Shown here in pieces: positions 33,130 through 35,476 of a DNA stretch of 35,476 bases. A program made the translations under genes and the position numbers. How positions within the stretch are numbered: position 1 is the stretch's first letter; every line of letters begins with the position of its first letter. The stretch is from assembly GCF_001194135.2 (NCBI RefSeq), contig NC_069002.1:4188631-4224106 (forward strand), in the 5' to 3' direction. Under the pieces are notes generated by a model, which saw nothing but the letters and a program-made list of their open reading frames with translations, was not told the origin of the DNA and made no database searches. The DNA is from Octopus bimaculoides. Its lineage: Eukaryota.

Positions 33130-33205
33130 GGCTCTTTGCGTTCTGTGTTCAAATCTCGCCGAGGTCAACCTTGTCTTTTATCTTTACGGGGGTCGATGAA
33201 TAAAA
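33130..33205 (+). mobile_element. SINE family A central fragment
   Basis: ctttgcgttctgtgttcaaatctcgccgaggtcaaccttgtcttttatctttacgggggtcgatgaataaaata. Confidence 0.82.
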
Positions 33206-33264
33206 TATCCGCCAAATCTCTCAGTGCATTGTGAAAGGGTCATTGAGTACCATCAATATTCCGT

Positions 33265-33420
33265 TACCGATAAAGAACTGGAGTGGGTGTCAAGCAAGGA
33301 TTAGCTGTCACCTAACCTCTAGTATACTACAATAACCGCCAGAGGAAACTAGATATGGTAGATATCGACGGACCGATATGCTTGCTGCGCACCAGACGAC
33401 AGGTTTATCTTTTCTCTGAC
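33265..33420 (+). pseudogene. Possible LINE RT motif B-C relic
   Basis: Frameshifted TGVGVKQGLAV / SPNL ... CAPDDRFIFS resembles GVKQG..LSP.LF ... YADD..I. Confidence 0.3.
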
Positions 33421-33826
33421 CTATGTATCAATGTGTCATATATGATACCACCATGCGTCACTCCCTGTTTCACCATGCGTCATACAAGACGCGCATTCTC
33501 AATCTTTTTCAAACACCAGAGTAACTTACAAAAGGAAAGCTTTATATTACTCAGAGCGTATGAAACGAGGGCTAACTGAAAACAAGCATGGATGTTTTGA
33601 ACAAACCAATGAAAATGCTTTTGAACAGGCAAAGGATTAAAGAATCAAGACGATATATTTATACTTAACCACTAGCGTAGCTAAAGTGTGTGCCGCCCGG
33701 ACCCCATAAAAAGCACATTTACTGCAGCAAACCCAAAATTGGTGCCCCTTTAAAAGTGTCGCTAGTGTACTGAACCCCACTTCCATTAAATATACATATT
33801 TCAAGTATTTTTATTTGATTTTAGAA

Positions 33827-33950
33827 CGGTATTTCTCAATCAATTTTTTTTTTAACCTCTGGGCTCCTTTGGTTCCCATTTTACGTCGGGGACGGGAGAC
33901 CCTCATAGCAATTCGATGTTTAAAGAATTATATTTTAATGATTAATATTC
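33827..33950 (+). mobile_element. 5' part of the same hAT MITE family as 20326-20737
   Basis: cggtatttctcaatc...ctcctttggttcccatttta...accctcatagcaattcgatgtttaaagaattatatttta; preceded by ttttagaa. Confidence 0.65.
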
Positions 33951-33969
33951 TTTTATACGTCTCAGCTCT

Positions 33970-34175
33970 AACGTTGTGGCCATGCTGGAGCACCATTCTA
34001 TAAAAAGGTTGTTCAAATGTAGACAGCTGCCATGCTGGGGCACCGCCTTGAAGAATTGTAGTCGCGTAAATCGTCCCCGGTATTTGTATATTAAGCCTGG
34101 TACTTGTTCTAGCGATCCCTTTGCCAAACCGATGAGTTAAGGGGACGTAAACACGAACACCGGTTATCAAGTGGT

Positions 34176-34209
<34 letters not shown>

Positions 34210-34381
34210 ACATAACATACATTTTACGACAGGCTTCTTTCAGTTTTCGTCTGGTAAATCCATTCATGAGGCTTTGGTCTGCCCGAGGCTATAGAAGACA
34301 CTTGCCCAATGTGCTACTCAGTGGGACTGAACCTGGAACCATGTGGTTTAGAAGCAAGCGTCTTTCCACACAGCCAGGCCT
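33970..34381 (-). mobile_element. SINE family B, full length, with a duplicated 3' module
   Basis: Head aggcctggctgtgtggaaagacgc...ggttcagtccc. gccatgctgg(a/g)gcacc occurs twice, at about 33979 and 34029. Confidence 0.9.
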
Positions 34382-34499
34382 GGTTTTGTTTTTAGGAAGT
34401 CGAGCTGTTTTAAGAGTGTTGGGTATTCTAAAGTCTGCATTGTGTGGCAGATATAGTGTCGTTAGAATGGTGTTGCAGGGGTCAAATCAAGAAAACTCC

Positions 34500-34650
34500 C
34501 ACATAAAGACATGACTGCCACTCTTACCATTCCATCTTCGTTTCTCCAGAAAATATTCCGGACTACATTACCTAATGAGTAGTTTTTATCGAATACATTA
34601 ACATGTTTAAATTAAATTTGTGAGATTTGACTGCTATTTCTAGCAGAGAG
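34500..34650 (-). mobile_element. Family F degraded copy
   Basis: ggactacattacctaatg...gagatttgactgctatttctagcag. Confidence 0.55.
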
Positions 34651-35164
34651 ACTACGTTGGACAGTAGCAGGGTACCGTCTTGTCTTACTCGTGGATGTAG
34701 AGGGGGTAGATTACGCTACGTTTTTGGGTCCAGATTTTCAATTCCTACTTCGCAACACTAGACTTCGTCGTTAGTAAAGACATCCCTGAGAAATGCATGA
34801 ACATCACACAATCTTGCATTTCCTAGCTCATCTTAATATATGTGAGAGCTTTCTGTTCAAAATTTCAAATGCTGTTTGGTTGTTGCCGTAAAACGGATCG
34901 ATAGACAATCGACGCTAGCAGCTTCAGTTTACTTTTTGGCACCCTCCCTTTAGTCTTGCTTGCTAACTTATCTTCTCACCATGGGATCGAATTGATGTTG
35001 CAATTTTCCCGAGGACGATTAAAAATATGTTTTAATTATTGTTATGTATCGAAGATTTACTTATAAATTTCTGTCGATACCTGTCTTCTCTCTTCAGTCT
35101 CTGACCTGTATCCATTTCATTTTATTTCTCTCACTCACTCTACTCCCATCTCCCTCGCTCACTA

Positions 35165-35197
35165 TTATATATGTATATATGTATGTATATATGTATG

Positions 35198-35228
<31 letters not shown>

Positions 35229-35476
35229 GTATATATGTATGTATATATGTATGTATATATGTATGTATATGTATATATGTATGTATATGTATGTATATGT
35301 ATATATGTATGTATATGTATATATGTATGTATATGTATATATGTATGTATATGTATGTATATGTATATATGTATGTATATGTATATATGTATGTATATGT
35401 ATATATGTATGTATATGTATATATGTATGTATATGTATGTATATGTATATATGTATGTATATGTATATATGTATGT
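35165..35476. repeat. TA/TATG-derived minisatellite with an 18-bp higher-order unit GTAT-GTATAT-GTATATAT
   Basis: G spacing 4-6-8 recurs from about 35290 to the window end, with occasional 4-6 units. Confidence 0.93.

Noticed and set aside
28530-35100. Possible second-exon acceptors (gttttcag 27188, atttcag about 28544, tctttcag 33120, ctcttcag about 35097)
   Set aside because: Each is followed by repeat-derived sequence or lacks a convincing open exon with a downstream donor.

Overview
AT-rich, repeat-saturated eukaryotic DNA from a gapped short-read assembly (9 N-gaps, several abutting (TA)n). The microsatellite load and the interspersed repeat families look like an octopus/coleoid cephalopod genome; this is inferred from pattern recognition, not from a search. 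No complete gene is present, and almost all listed ORFs are translations of microsatellites or N-runs. Supported content: (i) about 35 copies or fragments of five within-window repeat families, labelled here A, B, C, D and F (A, B and D have tRNA-like Pol III heads); (ii) decayed coding relics of R4/Dong-type RLE LINEs, RTE LINEs, a Helitron helicase with its 3' terminus, Tigger/pogo, mariner, hAT and Penelope elements; (iii) one good candidate first coding exon (ATG 27067, donor GTGAGT 27116) preceded by an in-phase trinucleotide mosaic. The most distinctive structure is two different R4/Dong-like elements stacked in one (TAA)n microsatellite (12385-13360). I found no evidence for a wholly new multi-gene system; the interesting signals concern microsatellite-targeted retrotransposition, SINE modular structure and a possible large-intron gene on the + strand.
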